This document shows, piece after piece, positions 9,946 to 19,194 of a stretch of 64,000 bases of DNA. Position 1 is the stretch's first letter. The number at the start of each line of letters is the position of its first letter. The stretch comes from a bacterium. GTDB lineage: Bacteria; Electryoneota; Electryoneia; Electryoneales; Electryoneaceae. The stretch covers positions 1,248,001-1,312,000 of the forward strand of contig OY769902.1 of NCBI GenBank assembly GCA_963669175.1. The letters run 5' to 3'. A program made the translations under genes and the position numbers. The notes under the pieces are model-generated. The model did no database searches and was not told where the DNA came from. It was given only the letters and a program-made list of their open reading frames with translations.

Positions 9946-10332
9946 ATGGAAGCAAACGCAGCATTTGCAAATTACGGCGATATTATCCGTGTCATTGACA
10001 TGTTGTTTCAGGGCCGTCATGGTTGTACCGCCAGCGAACGTGAAGTCGGCGCCACCTTTACCGTGAGCACGGAACTGTTCCTCGACACACGTAAAGCCGC
10101 AGAAACTGACCAGCTTGAGTATACGATTGATGTTGCTGCTGTCCATGAAGTGGTGAAGGCAGTAGTGACCGGTACGACCTGCAACCTGGTTGAAACAGTT
10201 GCAGAGAATATTGCGAAAGACCTGCTGACTGCGTTCCCCATTAACGCAGTACGAGTACGGATGCATAAGGACCGCTCCCCAATGCCGGGACCAACCAACG
10301 GATACGAAGTTGAGTTGTTCCGGAAGGCCTGA
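9946..10332 (+). CDS. folB: Dihydroneopterin aldolase
   Basis: FQGRHGC...ER, NLVETVAE, VRVRMHK; adjacent to folK. Confidence 0.88.
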   Translation: MEANAAFANYGDIIRVIDMLFQGRHGCTASEREVGATFTVSTELFLDTRKAAETDQLEYTIDVAAVHEVVKAVVTGTTCNLVETVAENIAKDLLTAFPINAVRVRMHKDRSPMPGPTNGYEVELFRKA

Positions 10333-10825
10333 GTCCGTACTGGTGTACCTTTGCCTCGGCGGCAACCTGGGAGATGTCCCAGGTGCGTTCGCCGAGGCAA
10401 ACTTACTCCTGGCCGGTTCCGAAGGGTGTGAATGCACCCGAAAAAGCCGGTTGTATCGTTCTGCGCCCTGGGGCGATCCGGATCAGCCGGATTTTTATAA
10501 CCAGGTGGTCGAACTTACATGGTGTGGCGCGTTTGAGGAACTGACCCGGTTGATGGATGAGATCGAGCAGAAGCTGGGACGTACCCGCGACAAGACACGC
10601 CGTTGGGGACCACGAACCCTGGATATCGACATCCTGCTCTATGGCGATACGGCTGTTGATCAAGATGGCTTCGTTGTGCCGCATCGGGAATTAAGAAACC
10701 GTCTCTTCGCATTGATCCCGCTGGCAGAACTGGCGCCGGATATCGTGCCGCCCGGATGGAACTTGTCGGTGAAGGATGCGATTCAGGCAACGACAGATAC
10801 GGGCTCGGTGAACGTGGTTGAGTGA
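10310..10825 (+). CDS. folK: 2-amino-4-hydroxy-6-hydroxymethyldihydropteridine diphosphokinase
   Basis: LGGNLG, QPDFYN, RWGPRTLDIDIL, PH; start codon uncertain. Confidence 0.95.
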   Translation: MSCSGRPESVLVYLCLGGNLGDVPGAFAEANLLLAGSEGCECTRKSRLYRSAPWGDPDQPDFYNQVVELTWCGAFEELTRLMDEIEQKLGRTRDKTRRWGPRTLDIDILLYGDTAVDQDGFVVPHRELRNRLFALIPLAELAPDIVPPGWNLSVKDAIQATTDTGSVNVVE

Positions 10826-10989
10826 GCGCGTGATAATGAGTGGCGTGGGCGAAAAATGGGACTTTCATGATAAGTAGAGTCAAGGGGAAGACGGAGTTTT
10901 CCCGAGTCCTTTGATTCATCTCTGAACCAGGACGATGCCTAACCTCTTCCTCAACGCGTTTTTCCTGACCTTTGCTCGCTCTCGCGTGG

Positions 10990-11150
10990 GCCGCCAACAG
11001 ACCTTACGGCCAGACATTCATGGTCTGTCTCGGGGCCATATGGCCCGTCACAGAAGATGAAGTTAGGGATCACCCGACCAGCCTCTAAACAGTTTCAAGG
11101 ATGCCCGAAGCATAGTCCCCTGTTTCGTGAGGCCTGGCGGGCAGGTCCGG
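10990..11150 (-). ncRNA. Predicted bridge/seek RNA of the IS1111-type element (boundaries approximate)
   Basis: Internal loop carrying AGGGGAC and GAAACTGT, matching the two halves of the target; CATGAATGT matches the donor junction at 8/9. Confidence 0.7.
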
Positions 11151-11178
11151 TTTACAATACGCGTTGTGGCATAGAATG

Positions 11179-12225
11179 TTAGTTTACAAGTTCTGTTGTC
11201 GTGTCGGCTTGAACAAACGGCGTTCCCCGTCGATCAACCGCCATCAGATACGCTACCAGCTTGCGTGCTACCGCCAAGGTTGCCCGGTTGGGATTGCTGC
11301 GTGCCAGTTCACGGTCATGCACAATCTGCAGCTCTGGATGCCACTGTGGCGCCAGCTTCGCCGCTTCGATCAGTTTCGTCTGCAAATGTTTGTTTCGTTT
11401 CTTGGACAACGGTCCCCGTTTCGTTTTTCCCGCTGATTCCTGCTGCGCACTACACAAACCGCAGTAACTGATTGCCTTGGAAATACTGGCAAACCGTTCC
11501 ACTTCACCCACTTCCAACGCCCATGTCAGCGCGGTCATCACACCAATGCCACGGATCGTCATCAACAACTTCACCCGATCTGCCAACAGCGAATGCGTAG
11601 CCAGCGCCTTAACCAGTTGAAGTTGCAGCGCCTCAAACAGCTCAAGGCCGGCACGATTCATTCGCAACATCTCAACCACAGTGGTCGGAATCTCATCCAG
11701 CGTATCAAGTTCAATGAGCAATTCATGGAAGTAGCGTTTGCCATGTAGACGCCTTTTCGAATACTCAGCGCCCACTTCCATCAGTAATCCGGCCGTCTTG
11801 TTCTTCAGGCTCACGGCATGCCGGACGATTTTGTTGCGAAATCGCAGCACACGGCGTAGCTCACGGATATCTGATGGTGCCATGTAACATTCCGGCAACA
11901 GGTCGATACGGAGCAGATCTGCGATACGTTTGGCGTCATCCTTGTCATTCTTTTTCTTCGCCGCCGTAATCGCCTTCAGCATCGCCGGGTGTGCCACCTT
12001 CAGTGCCGATGCATGCGGCTTCAGAAAATCATAAATCCAGCCTGTAAACAACGTCGCTTCCATCGCCGCCGCCCAGGGAGTCGGTAACTTCGCAACCCAG
12101 TTTGAAAGAGCAGGACGGGTGGATGCAACCATGCCCTGGTCAACTATCTTACCTGCCGACGTTTGAATACAATACGCAATCTTCTTCTTGTGTACGTCCA
12201 GACCGATGTAGTATACTGCCTGCAT
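11179..12225 (-). CDS. IS110-family transposase/recombinase (DEDD RuvC-like domain plus C-terminal Tnp20 domain)
   Basis: IGLDVHK, MEAT, KNDKDDA, GIG, YCGL...SAGK, AVARKL. Confidence 0.97.
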   Translation of the reverse strand: MQAVYYIGLDVHKKKIAYCIQTSAGKIVDQGMVASTRPALSNWVAKLPTPWAAAMEATLFTGWIYDFLKPHASALKVAHPAMLKAITAAKKKNDKDDAKRIADLLRIDLLPECYMAPSDIRELRRVLRFRNKIVRHAVSLKNKTAGLLMEVGAEYSKRRLHGKRYFHELLIELDTLDEIPTTVVEMLRMNRAGLELFEALQLQLVKALATHSLLADRVKLLMTIRGIGVMTALTWALEVGEVERFASISKAISYCGLCSAQQESAGKTKRGPLSKKRNKHLQTKLIEAAKLAPQWHPELQIVHDRELARSNPNRATLAVARKLVAYLMAVDRRGTPFVQADTTTELVN

Positions 12226-12337
12226 GCCAACCTCCTCGTGTAAGTACTACGGGTAACCTCGTGTTACGCCTTTAACACAAGTTAGCCCGACATGTGTGCT
12301 GCGTCGAGGTTGGCTGCTTCTACTTATGCATTATAAC

Positions 12338-12829
12338 AGTTTCCTTTTCGTGGTTCAGAATGCAGGACATTATATCCAATGATTTTGAAAAGGAAACTGT
12401 ACCGAATTTTTCGCCTGTAATCGTTGCATGTTCCTGCGCGGAAAAATGCTGGGACAGTTACCTTTTTCGCAACAAGTTTCTCAAGCTTATCAAGTCAATA
12501 GCACTGTCATACAGTATCAAGACTGTCAACCAACCTGCCAGCGAAAACGAGTAACAGTCCCCATTTTTCAATTATAGCTTCCTGTTCCCGGTGACAAAGT
12601 TTGCGTGGCCCGATGCACACGTGAGACTGGTTGAGTTGTTGGTGTTGCTTGGATACTGTGATACTGCAATGACCTGTAACACAAGTACGAGTGGATCGGG
12701 ACTGAGCAGAAAACACCGGCAAAAGGGTACAGTCACCTTTTCGATTCATTGAATCACGGGATAGCTAACTAAAGCGCGACGAAAAGGAAACAGTCCCCTT
12801 TTGCTGCCAGATTCCTGTTCCCGGTGACA
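12338..12829. repeat. Remainder of the IS-interrupted family A1 element, plus a family H element and a family A pair
   Basis: Colinear with the 19673-20009 element; 18-bp direct repeat TTCCTGTTCCCGGTGACA at 12579-12596 and 12812-12829. Confidence 0.8.
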
Positions 12830-12908
12830 TGCTGAAAAGGGAGACCCGGTGATGCGAAGCTCTCCTTCATGCCGTATTTTACGCTGAACGACAACGATGG
12901 GTTGAAGC

Positions 12909-13556
12909 TTGAGCGATCATAACTACATCGTCATCGAGGGGGTAATTGGTGCGGGCAAAACCAGTTTGGCGACCCTCATGGCAGAGCGGCTGGATGCCAA
13001 GCTGGTTCTGGAACAGCATGAAGAGAATCCTTTCCTCGTCGATTTCTATCGTGACCCGGAACATTTCGCGTTTCAGACGGAACTGTTCTTCCTGCTGAGC
13101 CGGTATCGTCAGCAGACAGAAGAGTTCACGCAGACCGATCTGTTCCAGCAGTACACGATTTCCGATTACCATTTCGCGAAAAACCGTATCTTCGCCAACA
13201 TTACCCTGGACGACCGTGAGCTGTCCCTGTACGACCATGTGGCGACGTTGCTGGAACGTGATGTCCGTACCCCGGACCTGGTGGTTTACCTGCAGTCCAG
13301 CCCGGAACGCCTGATGCGGAATATCCGGATACGGAATCGCACTTACGAACGTGAGATCAGTGGCGAGTATATCAAATCCCTCGTGGAAGCCTATAACTAC
13401 TTCTTCTTCCATTACGAAGCCTCTTCACTGCTGGTGGTCAATACCAACGAAGTGGATTTTGTCCGCAATCCGCAGCATCTGGAAGATTTGCATCAACGTA
13501 TCCTGAACACCCCGGATGGGACATCGTTCTACAATCCTTCCGGGAGGGGAAAATGA
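12909..13556 (+). CDS. Deoxynucleoside kinase (dgk/dck family)
   Basis: IEGVIGAGKTSL P-loop, NPFLVDFY, PDLVVYL, R.RTYE. Confidence 0.93.
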   Translation: MSDHNYIVIEGVIGAGKTSLATLMAERLDAKLVLEQHEENPFLVDFYRDPEHFAFQTELFFLLSRYRQQTEEFTQTDLFQQYTISDYHFAKNRIFANITLDDRELSLYDHVATLLERDVRTPDLVVYLQSSPERLMRNIRIRNRTYEREISGEYIKSLVEAYNYFFFHYEASSLLVVNTNEVDFVRNPQHLEDLHQRILNTPDGTSFYNPSGRGK

Positions 13557-13750
13557 GCCGCATTTTTCTTGCCCTGGCGGTATTCCTGGGCGTTTCCTGG
13601 TTGCTGAAAAAAACACGGATGTGGATGGCCAGCCAAGAGACCACACCAGAACCGGAACAGGAAGTGAAGGGCAGCCCACGCAATGTGAATCGTGAGATCG
13701 ACCCGGATGATATTATCGATGCCGAATACCACGACGTGGAAGAGAAGTAG
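13553..13750 (+). CDS. Small single-TM protein with an acidic IIDAEY C-terminus
   Basis: ATGA overlap with the kinase gene, N-terminal hydrophobic helix. Confidence 0.7.
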   Translation: MSRIFLALAVFLGVSWLLKKTRMWMASQETTPEPEQEVKGSPRNVNREIDPDDIIDAEYHDVEEK

Positions 13751-14011
13751 TTGACTGTACAGGATGAAAAGGACACGAAGGATAGCGAGGATAAACGGAT
13801 TACAGATTCTATTGTAATGATTCAATGAACAGCATGAAGCAATGGCAAACACAAAGAAGCATAAAGCCGCATGGCCCGATTTGCCGGTTGTCAGTGATGT
13901 ATACATGAGCTTGTTGCGATGTTCGCTGGACGTGGATTTGTGATGCAGACAATGAGCAAGTCGGGAAAAGAGCAAGAGTAACATAGAAGTCTAAACGAAC
14001 GTAAAAGTATC

Positions 14012-14308
14012 ATGGGACACAAAGTACCAGGCGATGGCGAAGGTCTAAGTTATCTTCTCCTGCAACGCAGTAAAAACAACCCGCTTCCCGGGAAAGTTTC
14101 TTCCGACAATGCCGGTGTGGAACAGGCGGCGCACAAGTGGTGTACCATCGACTGCGAACACGCCGAATGGCCGCAGGACCATGTCGATGGGGCCAAGAGT
14201 TGCCGTACCTTCAGCGCCCTCTACTGCAAACTTCTGAACGAACACGTCACCCGGAACACCCCCTGCGCGGTCGAGCATGGCCAGCGCCGCCCCAAGCCTA
14301 ACTGGTGA
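14012..14308 (+). CDS. Cys-rich hypothetical protein
   Basis: Coding-like GC-rich 3' part; CxxxCxH...C...C...C pattern; start uncertain. Confidence 0.6.
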   Translation: MGHKVPGDGEGLSYLLLQRSKNNPLPGKVSSDNAGVEQAAHKWCTIDCEHAEWPQDHVDGAKSCRTFSALYCKLLNEHVTRNTPCAVEHGQRRPKPNW

Positions 14309-14542
14309 TCCTTCAACGGATTCACAGGCCAGACACAAGGGATTCACAGGATTAACAGGATAGCTACGGATGCACAGGATATGTTTCCTGTGTGAACATA
14401 TTCAGCCATAAAGTAGTTCTCTCAAATAAGAGTAAACTACCACGTCATCCCGAAAACGCTGCCGTTTAATGTTGTTCGGGATCTACTCCCTGGGACACTC
14501 TAGCCAAAGCAGAAATCTCTTACTAATTCACGTGTGAACTTC

Positions 14543-15631
14543 CTAACGCACCACCTCCACTGATGCCGTCGCCTTTTCAATGCCGTTCACCAGGATCGTG
14601 AAGACATGTTTTCCGGGATAGTGCTTACGTGTGGTCATATCCTGGAAGGTGTATTTGCGTTCGATGGTAGAGTTTCCCGGTTGATAGTCGTTTTCCAGGA
14701 TCTGGAAGACTTTCCGTGACGTCTTGCCATTCGCCTTGACATAATCCACCGCATATTCGAGACGAACCTTGACCTGTTGATCTGTTTCAACCAGTAGCTC
14801 AAAGGCAAAGTGTCCATTATCCCCGATTTTGATTGTATCCTGCCCCAGCGAAAAATTCCGGATCTGGATCTTCGCCGGATCACCGAAGCCGAACAGCCTC
14901 ATGGCGCGTGTGTTTCCTTTTTTCAACAGGGTACGCAGGGCGTGTTTTACCAGTTTGTCCGTGTCAGCGCCGTAGTTTCCGACCCATTGCTCAGCCAGGT
15001 CGAGCACCGGCTCCGGGTGGTCTTTGGAGATATCGTTCAGGTTATTTGATACACTGCGACGGACAAACTCGGACGGGTCCGTTTTCAGACGATCCAGGAT
15101 AGGAAGGATAAGGTGGGGATCATGTTGCAGTGCCGGGATCGCCATCGCCCAGGGCAAGCGTGGACGACATCCTTCGCTGGAGAATCGGCGCACGTTCTCA
15201 TGTTCGTCCGTAGAGCATTCCTGCATAAACGCCATGGCACGTTCCAGGTCGGCGATCAGGTAGGGACGGATAGCGAATTCCGACGAGGAGAACCGGGTGA
15301 AGTGACGCATCGCCGGGAGGGATCGGTCCCAGTCGTCCATGCCATACAGTTCGACATAATCCGGCAGGCACATCGCCTCCATACCTTTGATGTCCGGTGC
15401 GATCTCTGCCAGGAGAGTAATCGCTTCCGGGTATTCAAGTGAAAGTATTTTATGCAGCCATTCGGTGGTGCGACGCATACGTGCCTTCAGCTCAAGCTCC
15501 TCCCAGTCACCGGAACGCACGTTTTGCAGGAAGCTGTCTTTATCGAAATTTGGGCGAACATGTACAATTCTCGTGGCAAATGTCGCCAGTGATTCAGGAG
15601 TCAGGAACTGGTTTTTTAGTGGCTCTGCCAT
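14543..15631 (-). CDS. DNA alkylation repair protein (AlkC/AlkD-like HEAT repeat, with C-terminal Ig-like domain)
   Basis: SSEFAIRP, VRRFSSEGCRPRLPW, VRRSVSNNLNDISKDHP, TTRKHYPG. Confidence 0.9.
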   Translation of the reverse strand: MAEPLKNQFLTPESLATFATRIVHVRPNFDKDSFLQNVRSGDWEELELKARMRRTTEWLHKILSLEYPEAITLLAEIAPDIKGMEAMCLPDYVELYGMDDWDRSLPAMRHFTRFSSSEFAIRPYLIADLERAMAFMQECSTDEHENVRRFSSEGCRPRLPWAMAIPALQHDPHLILPILDRLKTDPSEFVRRSVSNNLNDISKDHPEPVLDLAEQWVGNYGADTDKLVKHALRTLLKKGNTRAMRLFGFGDPAKIQIRNFSLGQDTIKIGDNGHFAFELLVETDQQVKVRLEYAVDYVKANGKTSRKVFQILENDYQPGNSTIERKYTFQDMTTRKHYPGKHVFTILVNGIEKATASVEVVR

Positions 15632-15804
15632 GCTTCACTCCTTGGGTTATGTTGCTGCAAAATATACATCTGTTACTTGTGAATATTCCTGTTGTAGGAA
15701 GAATTATCCGAACACGACTTCTACACCTTCACCTCCTGAGAGTTTGCGATAGAGGTCATTTCCTGCTAGCTTATGCAATTCCCCAAAGAGGAGTGTAACT
15801 GTAG

Positions 15805-16728
15805 ATGAAAATATTACTGACAGGTGGCGCCGGGTTTATCGGGTCACATGTTGCCGACTTGTTGTTTGCGCAGGGCCATGATGTTGTCGTGCTGGATAAT
15901 TTGAGTACCGGGCGACTTTCGAATGTGCCGGAGGGAGCAACCTTTGTAGAAATGGATATTCGCAGTGACGAGGTCGATGCATTCTGGGAGCAGCACAAGT
16001 TTGAAGCTATGGTGCATTGCGCCGCCCAGATGAATGTGCGCTTCAGTGTTGAAGATCCCATGTTTGACAGCGATGTGAATATCCGTGGCATTCTGAACCT
16101 GTTGGAAGCGGGACGCAAGCACGGGTTGAAAAAGGTGGTGTTCACTTCCACCGGCGGCGCGGCGTATGATGATAACGGTCCCTTCCCGACCCCGGAATCG
16201 ACACCGGCCTATCCGGTATCGCCTTACGGTATCGCCAAGGTAGCAACGGAACTCTATCTCCGTTACTACAAGATTCAATACGGTATCGATTACGTGGCTC
16301 TCAGGTTGGGGAATGTGTACGGCCCTCGTCAAAACCCTCTCGGTGAGGCGGGCGTGGTTGCCATATTTAGCCGTCGCATGTTGGAAGATCAGCAGGCGTT
16401 TATCAACGGAGATGGATTACAGACACGCGACTATGTGTTCTGCAAGGATGTTGCTCGTGCGATTCTCCTGGGTCTTGAGAGCACAAAGACCGGAGTGTTC
16501 AATATTGGCACCAGTATAGAGACGAATGTTGTTGAGCTTTTCCGCCTGGTTTGTGACGCTGCAGCCTCGACCATGGAAGAGAAACATGCTTCTGCGGCGC
16601 CGGGTGAAGTGCGTCGCAGTTGCCTCGATGCCTCCCTGGCACAAGCGGAACTGGGCTGGAAACCGGAAGTATCCTTGAAGGATGGCATTGATCAAACAGT
16701 CGAGTTTTTCCGTTCTTTCTCCGCGTGA
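15805..16728 (+). CDS. NAD-dependent epimerase/dehydratase (UDP-glucose 4-epimerase-like)
   Basis: TGGAGFIGSH, YGIAK, NVYGPRQ. Confidence 0.93.
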   Translation: MKILLTGGAGFIGSHVADLLFAQGHDVVVLDNLSTGRLSNVPEGATFVEMDIRSDEVDAFWEQHKFEAMVHCAAQMNVRFSVEDPMFDSDVNIRGILNLLEAGRKHGLKKVVFTSTGGAAYDDNGPFPTPESTPAYPVSPYGIAKVATELYLRYYKIQYGIDYVALRLGNVYGPRQNPLGEAGVVAIFSRRMLEDQQAFINGDGLQTRDYVFCKDVARAILLGLESTKTGVFNIGTSIETNVVELFRLVCDAAASTMEEKHASAAPGEVRRSCLDASLAQAELGWKPEVSLKDGIDQTVEFFRSFSA

Positions 16729-16844
16729 ATGGAAATATGTGAATCCTGTTTGCCTACTTGCTTATGCAGGTGATAAGCTGATAAATTCTGTATCAACGGA
16801 ATTCATGCTGGGGATGGAAGGATTATTCAGGTAGAGGATAGCTG

Positions 16845-17237
16845 ATGACCAGGAAAATGCGTCTGCTGTTACCTGCTGCATTGCTGTTTGTAGTATTGCT
16901 GGCGATGGGGTGTGCAAAGGGAGATCCGCCCTGGATAGCTGAGCCTGAAGGGGTGGCTTTAAACCAGATCATAGTTATTGATGGCTATGAGGCGGAACTT
17001 GCCTGGGACCAGGCGGATGAATTCCACTTCGACAGGTATCGTATTTTGTACTCGAAGAATTTTGATACTGTTGAAACATCCACAACGTATAAAGACATTT
17101 ACGACATCGGAAGACTGAGCATGACCCTTATTCTTCCCGAACCTGATGTACAGTATTACTTCGCTATTGCCGTGTATAATGATTACGGCAATTATGCACT
17201 ATCCAATATTGTTGCCGGCAGGTTGGCCAATCCATGA
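16845..17237 (+). CDS. Lipoprotein, fibronectin type III-like
   Basis: Lipobox LAMGC; LAW...YRI...YYFAIAVYN pattern. Confidence 0.7.
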   Translation: MTRKMRLLLPAALLFVVLLAMGCAKGDPPWIAEPEGVALNQIIVIDGYEAELAWDQADEFHFDRYRILYSKNFDTVETSTTYKDIYDIGRLSMTLILPEPDVQYYFAIAVYNDYGNYALSNIVAGRLANP

Positions 17238-17263
17238 TGCTACGAAGGTAACTCTTCAGATAT

Positions 17264-17286
17264 CCCGGCCCGAGGCCGGGTTTTTT
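17264..17286 (+). terminator. Intrinsic terminator
   Basis: CCCGGCC-CGA-GGCCGGG followed by T6. Confidence 0.8.
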
Positions 17287-17344
17287 ATTGCCCGGTGTTC
17301 AGGTATCACCAATTTGCTGGATATCGTGATGCACCGAAAAAATG

Positions 17345-17893
17345 TCAGCGAGTCAGAATCCAGTCCACGGCTTCACGTAGTGTGTCGCAGGTATAATCCG
17401 CTGTCACTTCGCCCTTTTCCTCCGTACCCTTGCCATACCCGGTTCTGACCAGGATGGTCACCGCGCCAGCGTTTTTTCCCGACAGGATATCCATTGCCTT
17501 GTCACCGATCATATACATGTTTCCCGTATCCGCGCCGGTGTTTGCCGCAGCATCAAGCAGCATTTTCGGGCTGGGTTTACGGCAGTCGCAGCCATCATCC
17601 GGTTTGTGAGGGCAATAATGAATGCTGTCAAGAGTGGTGTCGAACTCGCTTAATAGCTGTTGCAGCACATCGTGGATTTCCAGCAAGACGGGTTCGGGGA
17701 TAATACCACGTCCCACGCCGGATTGATTTGTGATCAGGGCAACACGGAAGCCATGATGATGGAGATCGGCCACAGCTTCCCCAGCGCCGGGATAAAGGAA
17801 CACCTGTTCCGGGTCCGCTAAGAAGTTTTTTTCCTGAATCAGTGTGCCGTCACGGTCCATGCAGACCAGTCCGGGTTTTCCGGTTGCAGGCAT
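17345..17893 (-). CDS. gmhB: D-glycero-manno-heptose 1,7-bisphosphate phosphatase (HAD-IIIA)
   Basis: DRDGTL, TNQSGVGRG, CPH...CDCRKP, IGDK; start set at the ATG after GAGGA. Confidence 0.88.
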   Translation of the reverse strand: MPATGKPGLVCMDRDGTLIQEKNFLADPEQVFLYPGAGEAVADLHHHGFRVALITNQSGVGRGIIPEPVLLEIHDVLQQLLSEFDTTLDSIHYCPHKPDDGCDCRKPSPKMLLDAAANTGADTGNMYMIGDKAMDILSGKNAGAVTILVRTGYGKGTEEKGEVTADYTCDTLREAVDWILTR

Positions 17894-18096
17894 GACAAAT
17901 TCCTCGTATCTGGTGAAATCGTGTGAATGGAAGATATCAGGATAGAGGAGGAAAGTAAACGCGTTTTCCTTCGTCACGGGGTTCTCTTTCCGAATAGAAC
18001 CACAGGGAGGGAAACGAGGTCGCTTTCGAACCTGATTTCTCTTAGATTACCTGCTGGTTCTAATTTTTGTTCGAACAGGTCAGCAACGGAAGTGCC

Positions 18097-19188
18097 ATGC
18101 ATATTCTGTCTATTGTCGGGGCGCGCCCCAATTTTCCGAAAATCGCTCCCCTGGCATGGGAGATCGCCTCTCGTGAAGGGATTTGCCATACTATTGTCCA
18201 TACCGGCCAACATTATGACCGCACCTTGTCGGACGGTTTCTTTGACGTGTTATCCATCCCGGAACCGGACCTGAACCTTGGGATCGGATCGGCGACTCAC
18301 GGTGTCCAGACCGGGAAAATCATGATCGCGCTTGAGCCGATCATGCAGGAAATGCGTCCGGACTGGGTGGTGACTGTAGGCGATGTCAATTCCACCGCTG
18401 CCGCATCCCTGGTCGCGGTAAAGCTGGGCATCAAGACTGCGCATGTGGAAGCGGGACTGCGTTCACGCGACCGTGGCATGCCCGAAGAGATCAACCGCAT
18501 GGTAACCGATGCCATCAGTGATCTCCTGTTCACCACAGAAGAAGCCGGAACCACCAACCTGCTGAACGAGGGAGTTCCGCAGGAGAAGGTTATCTTCGCC
18601 GGAAATATCATGATCGACAGCTTGGTGCATGTATTGCCGAAAGCACGTGAAGCGGCGAAATGGCAGGCCTTTGATGTGGAACCGGGGCAGTATATCCTGA
18701 CCACACTGCATCGTCCTTCGAACGTGGACACAAAAGAATCGCTGGAAGGTCTGATCCGTGCGTTGAAAGAAATTAGTCGCACGAACAAGGTGATTTTCCC
18801 GGTACACCCACGCACCCGTAAGAACCTGGAGACATTCGGCCTGCTGAATGCCCTGTCGAACGAACCCGGTATGATCCTGACCGATCCCCTTGACTATTTA
18901 ACCTTCCTGTCGCTGGTAACGAAGGCGAAAGCTTTGCTGACGGATTCGGGCGGTATCCAGGAAGAGACAACCTACCTGCAGATTCCCTGCATGACGCTAC
19001 GGCCCAATACGGAACGTCCCTCGACCATCACACTCGGAACCAATGAGCTGGTACGTCCCGAGTACAGCCCGGTGATGGAAGCGTTTGGACGTCTTGAAGC
19101 AGGCGAATGGAAAAAGGGGAAAGTGCCGCCGTTGTGGGATGGGAAAACGGCGGGGCGAGTGCTGGATGGGTTGATTCGCTTCTGTTGA
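18097..19188 (+). CDS. wecB: UDP-N-acetylglucosamine 2-epimerase (non-hydrolysing)
   Basis: GARPNF, HTGQHYD, HVEAGLRS, TDSGGIQEE. Confidence 0.95.
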   Translation: MHILSIVGARPNFPKIAPLAWEIASREGICHTIVHTGQHYDRTLSDGFFDVLSIPEPDLNLGIGSATHGVQTGKIMIALEPIMQEMRPDWVVTVGDVNSTAAASLVAVKLGIKTAHVEAGLRSRDRGMPEEINRMVTDAISDLLFTTEEAGTTNLLNEGVPQEKVIFAGNIMIDSLVHVLPKAREAAKWQAFDVEPGQYILTTLHRPSNVDTKESLEGLIRALKEISRTNKVIFPVHPRTRKNLETFGLLNALSNEPGMILTDPLDYLTFLSLVTKAKALLTDSGGIQEETTYLQIPCMTLRPNTERPSTITLGTNELVRPEYSPVMEAFGRLEAGEWKKGKVPPLWDGKTAGRVLDGLIRFC

Positions 19189-19194
19189 ACAACG

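Larger units (their letters stand above)
10863..12337 (-). mobile_element. IS110-family insertion sequence, IS1111-type, about 1475 bp
   Basis: Sub-terminal inverted repeats ATAAGTAGA (10870-10878) / TCTACTTAT (12319-12327), AC core at both junctions (10861-10862, 12336-12337), long 3' non-coding end; joining the flanks restores a family A palindrome. Confidence 0.9.
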
